A stretch of DNA of 64,000 nt. It comes from Bacillota bacterium. Its GTDB lineage: Bacteria; Bacillota; Dehalobacteriia; UBA4068. Below are positions 1 through 10,100 of this stretch, one piece after another; position 1 is the stretch's first letter, and every line of letters starts with the position of its first letter. The position numbers and the translations under genes were made by a program. Under the pieces are notes generated by a model. The model did no database searches and was not told where the DNA came from. It saw only the letters and a program-made list of their open reading frames with translations. The stretch covers positions 33,482 through 97,481 of the forward strand of contig JAILCQ010000030.1 in the NCBI GenBank assembly GCA_024679955.1, in the 5' to 3' direction.

Positions 1-407
1 CCGCGATCCATACGCATGTCCAAAGGCGCGTCGTTCCGGTAGGAAAACCCCCGCTCCGCAGTGTCTATCTGATAGGAAGAAACGCCCAGATCCAAAAGGA
101 TCCCGTCCGCCGCCTCTATACCGGCGGCAACGGCGGCGTCCCGCATATGGCTGAAGGTGTCATGACGCAAAATGAATCGCCCCGGATAGGCCGCCAAAAC
201 TCGGGCGGCGGCGGCCAAAGCGTCTTCATCCCGGTCTATGCCCAACAAAAAGCTGTCGGGGGCGGCGGCCAAAAGCGCCGACGCATGTCCGGCTCCGCCC
301 AGCGTGCCGTCTATATATACCCCGCCTGCCAGCGGGCGCAAAGCCTCGATGGTCTGCCGCAGCAAAACCGGCGCATGGTGAAAGGCGATATCGCTACGAT
401 CTTCCAT
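1..407 (-). CDS. rsmH: 16S rRNA m4C1402 methyltransferase (5' part; runs off the window edge)
   Basis: Hand translation gives MEDRSDIAFHHAPVLL...YIDGTLGGAGHA...DGILLDLGVSSYQIDTAERGFSY...PLDMRMD. Follows mraZ. Not in the ORF track. Confidence 0.95.
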   Translation of the reverse strand, partial: MEDRSDIAFHHAPVLLRQTIEALRPLAGGVYIDGTLGGAGHASALLAAAPDSFLLGIDRDEDALAAAARVLAAYPGRFILRHDTFSHMRDAAVAAGIEAADGILLDLGVSSYQIDTAERGFSYRNDAPLDMRMDR

Positions 408-416
408 ACCGGCTCC

Positions 417-848
417 TTACAGATTCACATTATCGAATCGCAGCGCCGCCGCTTCATACTCCGCGTCGGCTTCCTCAATATAGGCTTGCCAGCGGGCTTT
501 ATCCCAAATTTCCAGGCGGCTGGACACGCCGATGGTGACGATTTCTTTATCCAGCATGGCATGGGCGCGTAAATTGGCCGGTAAAACCACTCGATATTGT
601 TTGTCTACTTCCGCTTCATAGGCGCCGGAAAAAAAGTTTCTGGCAAATTTACGGGCTTCCGCATCCGTGGTGGACAATTGACGCATATTTCCCGCGGCCC
701 TTTGCCAACCTTCAAAAGTATAGACAAAAAGGCAATGCTCGAACCCCTTGGTGATAATGAACTTATCGCCCAAGTCTTCGCGGAACTTAGCCGGCACGAT
801 ATATCGCCCTTTGGCGTCAATGGAATGAGGTATCTCGCCGATCAACAT
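417..848 (-). CDS. mraZ: Division/cell-wall cluster transcriptional repressor MraZ (143 aa)
   Basis: MLIGEIPHSIDAKGRYIVPAKFRE...EVDKQYRVVLP...RLEIWD; two DxKGR-type repeats. Start trimmed to the ATG at 848. Confidence 0.95.
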   Translation of the reverse strand: MLIGEIPHSIDAKGRYIVPAKFREDLGDKFIITKGFEHCLFVYTFEGWQRAAGNMRQLSTTDAEARKFARNFFSGAYEAEVDKQYRVVLPANLRAHAMLDKEIVTIGVSSRLEIWDKARWQAYIEEADAEYEAAALRFDNVNL

Positions 849-853
849 AGACG

Positions 854-880
854 CTCTACTTTCCTCCACTTTCCTCCACT
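854..880 (-). promoter_or_regulatory. MraZ-binding repeats (GTGGAG with a 10-bp period)
   Basis: Minus strand reads AGTGGAGGAA AGTGGAGGAA AGTAGAG directly upstream of the mraZ start, matching the known GTGG[A/G]G-N4 MraZ operator pattern. Confidence 0.8.
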
Positions 881-967
881 TGATACTCTTTTTAGTTCTA
901 TTTTCAGCCTTCAAGTCCTCTTTTTTGGGTAAAAAAAATTATTAAATTTTTCTGATTAAGACATACA

Positions 968-1001
968 AAAAAGCGAACGCTATATATAGCGTTCGCTTTT
1001 T
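968..1001. terminator. Perfect 34-bp palindrome, probable bidirectional intrinsic terminator
   Basis: AAAAAGCGAACGCTATA|TATAGCGTTCGCTTTTT, downstream of the 1057-1626 gene. Confidence 0.75.
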
Positions 1002-1056
1002 AAAATGCCATCTACATATATGAAAGACCGAAAAAAGAAAAAACGAAAGGAAAGCC

Positions 1057-1626
1057 CTATTTTTTCAGGCGGCGGCAGAGAAAAACAACGGTCAAAACGG
1101 CAAATGCCGCCAAAAGCAGTTTTCCTCCACTCGGCCAGGAAACCAGCGCCACCGCCCCGTGGAGCAGCAGCGTCATGATCATACCGGCGGTCAGTATGCC
1201 TGCCGAAACCGCGATCAGGGAACGGCCAAAGGGCAGAGACATCAAGGAAGCCACCAGGCAACCGGTCCACACGCCGGTCATGGGCAGCGGCACCGCCACC
1301 AGAAAATACAAGCCCAACATGCCCCAACGCCGCACTTTATCCTGATTGTCGCGATTGTGGGCGATCAATTTTTGAAAAGGACGCCGCAAGGGGCCTTTGC
1401 TGGATAAAGAACGAATGGCCCAGGGCAAAAACAGCAACAGGGGGATGACCGGCACAAAATTCCCGGCAGCGGCCCATAAAAACCCCTGCATGGGCGTGAG
1501 TCCCCATAAAACGCTTAACGGCAGCGCCCCTCTGAGTTCCGTAACCGGCAGCATCGACAAAAAGAATACCGCCAGATGGGGTTCAACCGTGGAAAAAAAG
1601 GCAATAAACGAATCCGCCATTCTCAC
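1057..1626 (-). CDS. COG2426 / small multidrug export family membrane protein
   Basis: Signatures SMLPVTELRGALP, GNFVPV and VAVPLPMTGVWTG; hydrophobic. Confidence 0.85.
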   Translation of the reverse strand: MRMADSFIAFFSTVEPHLAVFFLSMLPVTELRGALPLSVLWGLTPMQGFLWAAAGNFVPVIPLLLFLPWAIRSLSSKGPLRRPFQKLIAHNRDNQDKVRRWGMLGLYFLVAVPLPMTGVWTGCLVASLMSLPFGRSLIAVSAGILTAGMIMTLLLHGAVALVSWPSGGKLLLAAFAVLTVVFLCRRLKK

Positions 1627-1638
1627 CTCGCCGGCATA

Positions 1639-2799
1639 TTATTTATCCTGGGAAGCCAAAGCAAAAGCGGCATGATACAAGGTAAGGCTGCCGTAAGGCA
1701 TAGCGCTTTCTTCCAAATCGAAACGGGAATTATGCAAGGGATAGCGGCAACGTTCGCTGCCTGCGCCGGTAAAGAAGAATGCCGCCGGCACCGATTTGCC
1801 GTAAAAAGCGAAATCCTCCGCCGTCATCCGCGGCCGGTTCATAATCACCACTTCCGCACCGGCTTTGGTGGCCGCGTCCGCCACCGTCATATCCAACTTG
1901 GGATCATTGATCAAAGGCGGATACCCGTCATGGAATTTCAATTCATAAGAAGCGCCGTATGCGGAACAGATACCCCTTACCGTTTCTTCGATGCATTGCC
2001 GCACGTTCATATCGATTTCGTCGCTGAAGCAACGAATGGTTCCGTTCATGTCGACCCGGTCCGGTATAATATTATGCCGGCTGCCCCCATGCATAGAACC
2101 GATGGTGATCACCAAAGGATCAAAGGTATCGATACGGCGGCTGCGGATATTCTGCAGGGCGATGATTACCTGGGAAGCCACCACGATATTATCCACGGCC
2201 TTGTGGGGTTGAGCCCCATGGCCGCCTTTGCCGGTGATGGCGATGCTGAAGGTATCGTCCAAGGACATGGTAGCGCCGTCGTGGATGCCGATTTGTCCGG
2301 GGAGCAGGTCGGGCACCACATGGGTGCCGAAGATGCCGTCCACGTCCGGGTTTTTCAGCACGCCGGCTTCGATCATGAATTTGGCGCCACCCGGGGGCTT
2401 TTCTTCGCAGGGTTGAAAGATAAATTTTACCGTGCCGGCCGGCGGATTTTCGCTCATCAGCTTCGCCGCGCCCAAGGCCATCGCCACATGGGCGTCATGG
2501 CCGCAAGCATGCATTTTGCCGGGGCTGAGGGATTGATACGGACACTCGCTCTCTTCCAGGATGGGCAGGGCGTCGATATCCGCGCGCACAGCGGCGCATT
2601 TTTTCTTGCTGTCGCCGGGCAAGACCGCCATGACCCCATAGCCGGCGATCCTTTCCTTTACTGTATAGCCGAAACTTCTTAAAATACCGGCGATATAATC
2701 GGCCGTATCCTTTTCCTCGCCGGAAACTTCAGGATGCATATGCAAATACCTACGCCAATTTATCAATATTTGCTGATCGATATTCATTGCGTCCTCCAT
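1639..2799 (-). CDS. M20 family amidohydrolase (Acy1-like)
   Basis: Motifs HMHPEVSGEE, RADIDAL, MHACGHD, FQPCEE, GGHGAQPH, AEDF. Confidence 0.92.
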   Translation of the reverse strand: MEDAMNIDQQILINWRRYLHMHPEVSGEEKDTADYIAGILRSFGYTVKERIAGYGVMAVLPGDSKKKCAAVRADIDALPILEESECPYQSLSPGKMHACGHDAHVAMALGAAKLMSENPPAGTVKFIFQPCEEKPPGGAKFMIEAGVLKNPDVDGIFGTHVVPDLLPGQIGIHDGATMSLDDTFSIAITGKGGHGAQPHKAVDNIVVASQVIIALQNIRSRRIDTFDPLVITIGSMHGGSRHNIIPDRVDMNGTIRCFSDEIDMNVRQCIEETVRGICSAYGASYELKFHDGYPPLINDPKLDMTVADAATKAGAEVVIMNRPRMTAEDFAFYGKSVPAAFFFTGAGSERCRYPLHNSRFDLEESAMPYGSLTLYHAAFALASQDK

Positions 2800-2883
2800 A
2801 TAACGGATTGATCAGACAAACAAAGCGGGCGCATGTGCCACCCGCCTGTTCGCGCATTTGCTGTTTGCTGTTTATACGAAAAA

Positions 2884-3585
2884 CTATTGGTTTTCCGACG
2901 TGCCTTTCAACGAGGCATTAAAGGAATCCAGCTTTTGATATCTTTCGATCAGGCTCTTCGCCTGTTCCACATCGGAGCTGCCCATGGGCAGACCGTCGAT
3001 ATACGTATTGAGATAGTCTTCGGCAGCCGACAGGCCCTGGGTGGCATAGAGGTAACCCGCATAATTGGCCGCCATCTCGATATCGTGGGGGGCGGCGGCG
3101 GCAGCTTCCTCAAAGCAGGCGTTGGCGGCGTCCTCATCGCCGGCGGCATAATACATGGAACCGGCATTGGCCAAGATCCTGGCCCGGCCCGCATCGTTCA
3201 GGTTTTCCGGGGCCAGATCGCAGCTGGCTTTGAAATACTTGGCGGCATTGGCGGCAGCGGCTTGGGCAGGCGCCTGATAATCCGGGGCGTTTTCCTCCTC
3301 AGAGGCGCTGGCGTACAATTGATACAAATATTGATAGCCGGTAGCCAGAGTGTTGGCGTTTTCATAAGACTGCTCCGCCTGATACTTCGCTTCAGCGCCG
3401 GCCAGATACTCTTGATAGGAATTGATTTGGTCTGCTATCGAAGCCCCGCTTTGGTTGGCGGAAGAATAATCGTTGCTTCCCCAACTGGCGAAACCCAGGA
3501 CCAAACCTAAAATCAACAACACGACCACGGCAATCAATGCGCCGCGTCTTCTTTTCGTCGCATGACGAATCCTCTGCATGAACAC
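2884..3585 (-). CDS. Membrane-anchored TPR-like protein
   Basis: Basic N-terminus and one TM segment, then Ala/Tyr-rich helical repeats (LANAGSMYYAAGDEDAANACFEEAAAAAP); GGAGG RBS. Confidence 0.65.
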   Translation of the reverse strand: MFMQRIRHATKRRRGALIAVVVLLILGLVLGFASWGSNDYSSANQSGASIADQINSYQEYLAGAEAKYQAEQSYENANTLATGYQYLYQLYASASEEENAPDYQAPAQAAAANAAKYFKASCDLAPENLNDAGRARILANAGSMYYAAGDEDAANACFEEAAAAAPHDIEMAANYAGYLYATQGLSAAEDYLNTYIDGLPMGSSDVEQAKSLIERYQKLDSFNASLKGTSENQ

Positions 3586-3613
3586 GATCCATACCTCCTA
3601 CGGTGACAATAAT

Positions 3614-3642
3614 ATTTTATGATAAATTTTTACTGCAGACAA
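3614..3642 (-). promoter_or_regulatory. sigmaA promoter for the TPR gene
   Basis: TTGTCT-N17-TAAAAT. Confidence 0.5.
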
Positions 3643-4019
3643 TCATGGCAAATGCCATAGCATTCCAGCCGGTGATATTTGACCATGCCCGGCGCGGCCG
3701 CCAAAATATCTTCGCTGACCAACGGCACATCCGGATCAAAATCCAGCACTCTGCCGCATTTTTCGCACACAAAATGATAATGGGGTTTGGGGTTCCCGTC
3801 AAAACGGCTTTGATTCTTGCCGTAACTCAACTCCAAAATCCGCCCTTCTTCCCGCATTACCTGCAAATTCCTATATACGGTGCCCAGGCTGATATCGGGG
3901 ATCTGTTTCCGCGCTTGCTCATAGATCCAATCCGCTGTGGGATGGCTTTTGGTCGAGCAGAGTATTTCATAAATCAGCTTTTTTTGCCTGGTCATTCGTT
4001 TTTGTTTCTGTTCCGCCAT
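3630..4019 (-). CDS. Fur family regulator (PerR-like)
   Basis: RMTRQK, SHPTADWIY, SLGTVYRNL, RFDGNPKPHYHFVCEKCG, GICHDC. Confidence 0.9.
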   Translation of the reverse strand: MAEQKQKRMTRQKKLIYEILCSTKSHPTADWIYEQARKQIPDISLGTVYRNLQVMREEGRILELSYGKNQSRFDGNPKPHYHFVCEKCGRVLDFDPDVPLVSEDILAAAPGMVKYHRLECYGICHDCLQ

Positions 4020-4043
4020 GCAAATGCCTCCTGAAGTTTGGAT

Positions 4044-4517
4044 TCAATTGAGGATACCCGAACTTTCTTCGTACATCAGTATCTCTTCGCCGACCTCCAG
4101 TTTCGAGCAAAAAACGTCCTGGATTTCGGAAATCAACCGATATAACCTGCCTTCCGCGTACAAATAGTCGTTGATGACCGGCTCTTTGGTTATCTCGGCA
4201 TATGCGGATTCAAAGTCAGCGGATTCCTCTTCCGTATTTTCGCCCATCATGGCGACAAAACGCAGATTGAACTGCTGCTGGCGCAGCTCGTTGAGGATCG
4301 CCATTTGCTCTTTATGCGCCATCAGGCTTTTTTTTGCTTCTATGTATTGCAAATATTCGGTGCTGGCGGCCAGCATGTCTGCCAATACCGCCGCCTGCCG
4401 CCGGATCATTTGTTTGTTTCCCAATTTTTTACCGGCCTTATTCTTTTGTTGCGCCATGCTTTGCGCCATATCTCCGTAAGTATCTTTGTTGATCATGATT
4501 CCCCCACATAGATACAC
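4044..4517 (-). CDS. YlbF/YheA/YmcA family regulator
   Basis: Helical pattern LADMLAASTEYLQY...PVINDYLYAEGRLYRLISEI; start codon uncertain. Confidence 0.7.
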   Translation of the reverse strand: MYLCGGIMINKDTYGDMAQSMAQQKNKAGKKLGNKQMIRRQAAVLADMLAASTEYLQYIEAKKSLMAHKEQMAILNELRQQQFNLRFVAMMGENTEEESADFESAYAEITKEPVINDYLYAEGRLYRLISEIQDVFCSKLEVGEEILMYEESSGILN

Positions 4518-4623
4518 TTTTCAAGTCTTTCTCGAATTGTTGTATTCGCCAAGAAAACCTATAACCCTTTTTCATGACCAAGGTTTTTGCAGCTTTTGAC
4601 AAAAGTAAATTTTTCCGTACAGG

Positions 4624-4651
4624 CACAAAACAGCCGCAAGCGCATAGAGTA
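4624..4651 (+). promoter_or_regulatory. Putative sigmaK sporulation promoter
   Basis: cAC-N16-CATAgagTA upstream of the SafA-like gene. Confidence 0.6.
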
Positions 4652-4679
4652 TCCATATAGATTTCGGGGAGGTACTTCC

Positions 4680-5078
4680 ATGCTTATTCATTCCGTACGC
4701 AAAGGTGAAACTCTATGGCAGATCGCCAAAGCCCACAATATTTCTTTGGCGGCTTTGTTGGCGGCCAATCCGCAGATCGCGGACCCCAATTCCATCGTTC
4801 CCGGCACGGCGGTGAACGTGCCCACCGTATGGCAGGAGGAAACGAACCCAGCGGCCAGGCCGGATCAGGAAGCGGTAAAACCGTTTGTTTACACTTCCCA
4901 ACCGGGAGAAACCTTGATGAACATTGCGGAAATCACCGATACGCCATTGGGAAAACTGATTTACTACAATCGCCAGTTTTCCCGGGTGGAGCCTTTGCCC
5001 GATCACAGCCGCGTGATCATTCCGGCCAGGGAATCCTATCCGGCGGAAATCCGCGGCCAGAATCCGCGACGGCGGTAA
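4680..5078 (+). CDS. SafA/ExsA-type double-LysM spore coat protein
   Basis: HSVRKGETLWQIAKAHNISLAALLAANPQIADPNSIVPG plus a second degenerate LysM; GGAGG RBS. Confidence 0.85.
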   Translation: MLIHSVRKGETLWQIAKAHNISLAALLAANPQIADPNSIVPGTAVNVPTVWQEETNPAARPDQEAVKPFVYTSQPGETLMNIAEITDTPLGKLIYYNRQFSRVEPLPDHSRVIIPARESYPAEIRGQNPRRR

Positions 5079-5083
5079 CGTAC

Positions 5084-5121
5084 AAAAAGCCGCTCCTGCC
5101 GGCAGGAACGGCTTTCTTTTA
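5084..5121. terminator. Intrinsic terminator between convergent genes
   Basis: AAAAAGCCGCTCCTGCCGGCAGGAACGGCTTTCTTTT. Confidence 0.65.
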
Positions 5122-5222
5122 TAAACGGATTTCCGGCATGCCGCCGACCGGCGCGACGCCCAGCGGGCGGCAAGGGAAAGGCGACGCTGCGGCGAGCCAA
5201 ACGCCGCGAGCACGTTCAAACG

Positions 5223-5423
5223 CTATTGGGTAACCGCGGCGTTCAAGGCGGTCATCAAAGCGTCCACATCGATACCGTGGGCGGTAGCCCCCTGTTCGAT
5301 ATTTTCAAAATGGGCGGCGGCGCAACCGATGCAACCCATACCAAACTCCATTAAAATCTGGGCGGTTTGCGGCCATTGTTGCACCACGTCCATAATGCCC
5401 ATGTCTTTGGTAATAGCGGCCAT
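5223..5423 (-). CDS. DUF1858 / hybrid-cluster-associated redox disulfide protein
   Basis: ITKDMGIMDVV...GMGCIGC...ENIEQGATAHGID. Confidence 0.9.
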   Translation of the reverse strand: MAAITKDMGIMDVVQQWPQTAQILMEFGMGCIGCAAAHFENIEQGATAHGIDVDALMTALNAAVTQ

Positions 5424-5614
5424 GTTCACACCTCCTCTTGATCCTTGATGAAAGCAGGCGCGAACCTGCCAAACATAGACTGTCCATATTCCCGCCGCCC
5501 TATCCGTCTTTGGAAGGGCCGGGAATATGTATTTGCTTTACAAGTTGCAGGCAGCGCATAGGCGCTGCCTGCAGTCTGTAACATTGCAATTCTCGCAATC
5601 CGCAAAGCAAAGGA

Positions 5615-6952
5615 TTAAACGATGCCCTGGGCGATCATGGCGTCGGCAACTTTTACGAAACCGCCGATGTTGGCGCCTTTCACATAGTTACAGTAATCGC
5701 CTTCCTGACCGTATTCGCGGCAGGTTTCATGGATGTCGGACATGATCTGTTGCAATTTGGCGTCCACTTCTTCAGAGGTCCAATTGTAACGCATGCTGTT
5801 TTGGGACATTTCCAAACCGGAAACCGCTACGCCGCCGGCATTGGAAGCTTTACCGGGAGAGTAAAGGATTTTGGAAGCCAGAATGGCGTCAACGGCGCCT
5901 TTGGTGGAGGACATATTGGAACCTTCGGCAATGCATTTGCAGCCGTTTTTAATTAAGGTCTTGGCGTCTTCTTCGTTCAATTCGTTCTGCGTCGCGGTGG
6001 GGCAAGCGATATCGCAGGGAACTTCCCACGGTTTGCGGCCTTCGCGATATTCCAGACCGAATTTATCGGCGAAGTCTTTAATGGGACGGCGATATACGGT
6101 CCACAAGGGTTTGAGGAATTCCAATTTTTCGCCTTTGATGCCGTCGGGATCGTAAACATAGCCGTAAGGATCGCCTACGGTAACGACTTTGCCGCCCAAC
6201 TGATTGACTTTTTCAATCAGGAAGGTACCGACATTGCCGCCGCCGGAATTGACCACGGTTTTGCCTTCCAGGCTGTCGCCTTTGGTGGCCAACATGGCTT
6301 GCGCGAAATAGATAACGCCGTAACCGGTAGCTTCCGGACGGATCAAGCTGCCGCCGAAGCTGCGGCCTTTACCGGTGAGAACGCCGGTGAATTCATTGGC
6401 GATTCTTTTGTATTGACCGAACATATAAGCCACTTCTCTGGCGCCTACGCCGATGTCGCCGGCGGGAACGTCCAGGTTGGGGCCGATGTGCCGGTACAGT
6501 TCCGTCATGAAAGATTGGCAGAAGCGCATGACTTCGTTGTCGGATTTGCCAACGCCGTCAAAGTCCGCGCCGCCTTTGCCGCCGCCCATGGGCAGAGTGG
6601 TCAGGCTGTTTTTAAAGACCTGCTCGAAAGCTAAGAATTTCAGGGTGCCCAAGGTCACGCTGGGATGGAAGCGAAGACCGCCTTTGTAGGGGCCGATCGC
6701 GCTGTTCATCTGCACGCGGTAACCGCGGTTGACTTGGATCTCGCCTTTGTCGTCGACCCAAGGGACCCGGAACATGACGACCCGTTCAGGCTCGACCATT
6801 CTTTCCAGGATTTTGTTATCCGCATATTTGGGGTTGGCGTTGATATAGTCGGCCAGAGTCAAAACGACCTCTTCTACCGCCTGGTGAAATTCCGGTTCGC
6901 CGGGGTTTTTGGCTTTCACGTTCTCCATGAATTTTGCCACATCAAAAGACAT
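5615..6952 (-). CDS. gdhA: NAD(P)-specific glutamate dehydrogenase
   Basis: PEFHQAVEEV, GPYKGGLRFHP, PMGGGKGG, DVPAGDIGVG, RPEATGYG. Confidence 0.97.
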   Translation of the reverse strand: MSFDVAKFMENVKAKNPGEPEFHQAVEEVVLTLADYINANPKYADNKILERMVEPERVVMFRVPWVDDKGEIQVNRGYRVQMNSAIGPYKGGLRFHPSVTLGTLKFLAFEQVFKNSLTTLPMGGGKGGADFDGVGKSDNEVMRFCQSFMTELYRHIGPNLDVPAGDIGVGAREVAYMFGQYKRIANEFTGVLTGKGRSFGGSLIRPEATGYGVIYFAQAMLATKGDSLEGKTVVNSGGGNVGTFLIEKVNQLGGKVVTVGDPYGYVYDPDGIKGEKLEFLKPLWTVYRRPIKDFADKFGLEYREGRKPWEVPCDIACPTATQNELNEEDAKTLIKNGCKCIAEGSNMSSTKGAVDAILASKILYSPGKASNAGGVAVSGLEMSQNSMRYNWTSEEVDAKLQQIMSDIHETCREYGQEGDYCNYVKGANIGGFVKVADAMIAQGIV

Positions 6953-7057
6953 TCCATTACCTCCCTTTATTCTCTATACATTTTATGTATAGAATTTGCC
7001 TTTTAGAGATTCCTTCCAGAATCCAAAACTAAAAACACTTCCTTCACCCACATAAGA

Positions 7058-7086
7058 ATTGTACCTCTTTTAAGCCCTAAAAACAA
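7058..7086 (-). promoter_or_regulatory. sigmaA promoter of gdhA
   Basis: TTGTTT-N17-TACAAT. Confidence 0.5.
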
Positions 7087-7185
7087 GCCTTTTACAAAAA
7101 GTTTTTCACTTCAGGCAAATTTTATTATATTAACGTATTCTCATATCATCACCCGCGATGAGCAGCCCTTTTGTCCTTTTGCCGG

Positions 7186-10100
7186 CTATTGCGCCACCAC
7201 GTTTTTCTCTCCCAGCAAGCGGCGCAGGGATTGCAGCAGGCTTTGATCGATATCCACGCCGTGGATGCCGGGAAAGTCGTTATAGGTCTGCAAATCGTTG
7301 AAATAGGCCCGCACTTCTATCATACCCGGATAATCCGACATCAGGCTGCGGGCTTGCTGCAGCACGGTTGGATCCTGGGAATCGGCAAAGCGCAAATACA
7401 GCTTTAACGGGGCTTGTACATCGTCCACGGTCAATTCCGCCATACCGTTTTCGTTGCGCACCCGGGCAGCCAGCAACACGGCCCGGCTTTCCGCCAGCAT
7501 AGGCTGGAGCTTTTCATAGGCTTTGGGGAACACCGTGCAATGGATGGCGTTTTGCTGGTCTTCCAGCACAAAGCCGGCCATGGGTTCCCCTTTTTTGGTG
7601 ATGCGCCGGGTCAAGCCGCTGATCAGTCCCGCGGTTTTGATCCGCAGGCCGTTTTCCGCCTCCGCCAGTTGGCCGATGCGATGGCTGGCCTTGCGGTACA
7701 GCTGCTCCCCGTACACGTCCAAAGGATGGCCGCTGACATAAAAGCCGATCATCTCCTTTTCCATGGCCAACAGCTGTTTGAACGGATATTCCGGCGTTTC
7801 GATCAATTGCAGGGTAGCGCCGCCGGAAACGTCGTCCATACCGAAATCGAACAAAGACAGCTGATCGCTGGCTTTGTCGGCCTCGGCTTTTTTGGAAAGC
7901 TCCAGGGCTCGGTCGATGGAAGCCAGCATGGTGGCCCGGTTGCTGCCCAGGCCGTCCAAAGCGCCGCAGCGGATCAGGCTTTCCAGCACCTTACGGTTCA
8001 GCAATTGCCGCTGGCACAGATCCGCCAGGGAGGCATAGGGGCCGTTGGCCTCTCTTTCTTCCACGATCCTCTTCACCGCTTCCCGGCCCACATTTTTCAC
8101 GGCGCTCATGGCATAGCGGATCTTGCCGTCCACCACGCTGAATTTGATATCGCTCTCATTGATGGAGGGCGGCAGGACGGCTATGCCCATGCGTTTGCAT
8201 TCCTCGATATATTCCGGCACCTTGTCCACGGTATCCATCACCGAGGTCATCATGGCGGCCATGAATTCCGAAGGATAATTGGCTTTCAGCCAGGCGGTGC
8301 GATAGGATACCAAGGCGTAAGCCGCGCTGTGGCTTTTATTGAAGCCGTATTCGCCGAATTTTTTCAGCAGCTCGAAAATGTCTTCCGCCGTTTTCTGGTC
8401 AATACTGTTATTTTTGCAGCCGTTGACAAAATCGTCCCGGGCGGCGTTGATGATCTCGATCTTCTTTTTGCCCATGGCCCGGCGGATCATATCCGCTTTG
8501 CCCAGAGAGAAGCCCCCCAACACCTGGACGATTTGCATCACCTGTTCCTGGTAGAGGATCACGCCGTAGGTTTCCCGGACGATATTTTCCATGGAAGGAT
8601 GAACGTAGGTGACTTTTTTCAAGCCGTGTTTGCCGTCGATAAAGTCGTCCACCATACCGCTGCCCAGGGGCCCCGGCCGGTACAAAGCCACCAAAGCGAT
8701 GATATCCTCGAAGCGCTCCGGCCGCAGGTTTTTCAATATCTTGCGCATGCCTTCGCTTTCCAACTGAAAAACGGCGATGGCGTCGCCTTCGCTGAGCATG
8801 GCGTAGGTGGCGGGGTCGTCCAGGGGAATGGCGTCGATGTCGATTTTCAAACCGCTGCTTTTTTCGATGTTTTCCACAGCGTCGTCGATCACGGACAAGG
8901 TGCGCAGGCCCAGCAGATCCATTTTCACCAGACCGCAGGCCTCCACCTGTTCCTTGGGGTATTGGGTAGTGACGCTGCCGTCTTTATTGTCCTTTTGCAC
9001 CGGCATATAGCTGATCACTTCGTCCTGGGCGATGGCCACGCCGGCGGCGTGTTTGCCGCAATGGCTGGGCATGCCCTGTATCTTATCGGCAATATCCAAC
9101 AGCTCTTTCACTTGCGGGTCGTTATCGTAAATATTCCGCAGATCCGGGCTGAGCTCCATGGCTTTGGCGATGGTTTTGATCTTCGGGTCTTCCGGCATCA
9201 GCTTGACCACTTTGTCCACGTCCGCATAGGGCATATTCAAAACCCGGCCCACTGCCCGCACTGCACCTTTCATCAACATAAAGTTAAAGGTGACGATTTG
9301 CGAAACATGATCTTCCCCATATTTATGAACCAGATAATCCACCACTTCCCCCCGGCGCAAATCGCTGATATCCGTATCGATATCCGGCGGCGTCACCCGT
9401 TCCGGGTTCAAAAAACGCTCAAACAGCAAATTGTAACGCAGGGGGTCGATATTGGTGATGCCCAGGCAATAGGCGACGATGCTGCCGGCGGCGCTGCCCC
9501 GGCCCGGCCCTACGGAAATGCCCTGCCGCCGGGCGTAATTGATCATATCCCAGACGATCAAAAAATAGCCGGGGAAATCCAAACGGTTGATGATGGACAG
9601 CTCATATTCCATTCTTTCCCGGATCTCCGGCGTGACCGGCCGGTACAAACGGTTCAGCCCCTCTTCGCACAGATGGCGCAAATAGCTTTGCAGGTCGTAA
9701 CCGGCAGGCGCCTGATAATTGGGCATATACAGCTTGCCGAATTCAAAATCCACCTGGCAGCGGTCGGCGATCTCCACGGTGTTGCGCAGGGCGTCCGGCC
9801 GGTCGGCAAACAAAGCCGCCATTTCCTCTTCGGTTTTCAGATAAAACTGATCGTTGGCAAAACGCATGCGGTTTTCATCGGAACGGATTTTACCGGTTTG
9901 GATGCAGAGCAGGATGTCATGCATTTCCGCGTCGGCGGCGTCCACATAATGCAAGTCGTTGGTAGCCACCACCTTCAGGGATAATTCGTCGGCGATGCGC
10001 AGCAAATGAGGCAGGCAAATCAATTCTTCCCGCAGGCCGTGATTCTGTATTTCGATAAAATAATGCTCCGGGCCGAAGATATCCAGATATTCCCGGGCGA

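Noticed and set aside
973-996. CGAAC...GTTCG resembling a LexA box
   Set aside because: The spacer is 12 nt rather than 4; it is part of a terminator palindrome.
7414-9984. 856-aa plus-strand ORF and many other long antisense ORFs (e.g. 41547-43142, 33989-35383)
   Set aside because: Shadow frames of well-conserved minus-strand genes in a high-GC genome; no recognisable motifs.
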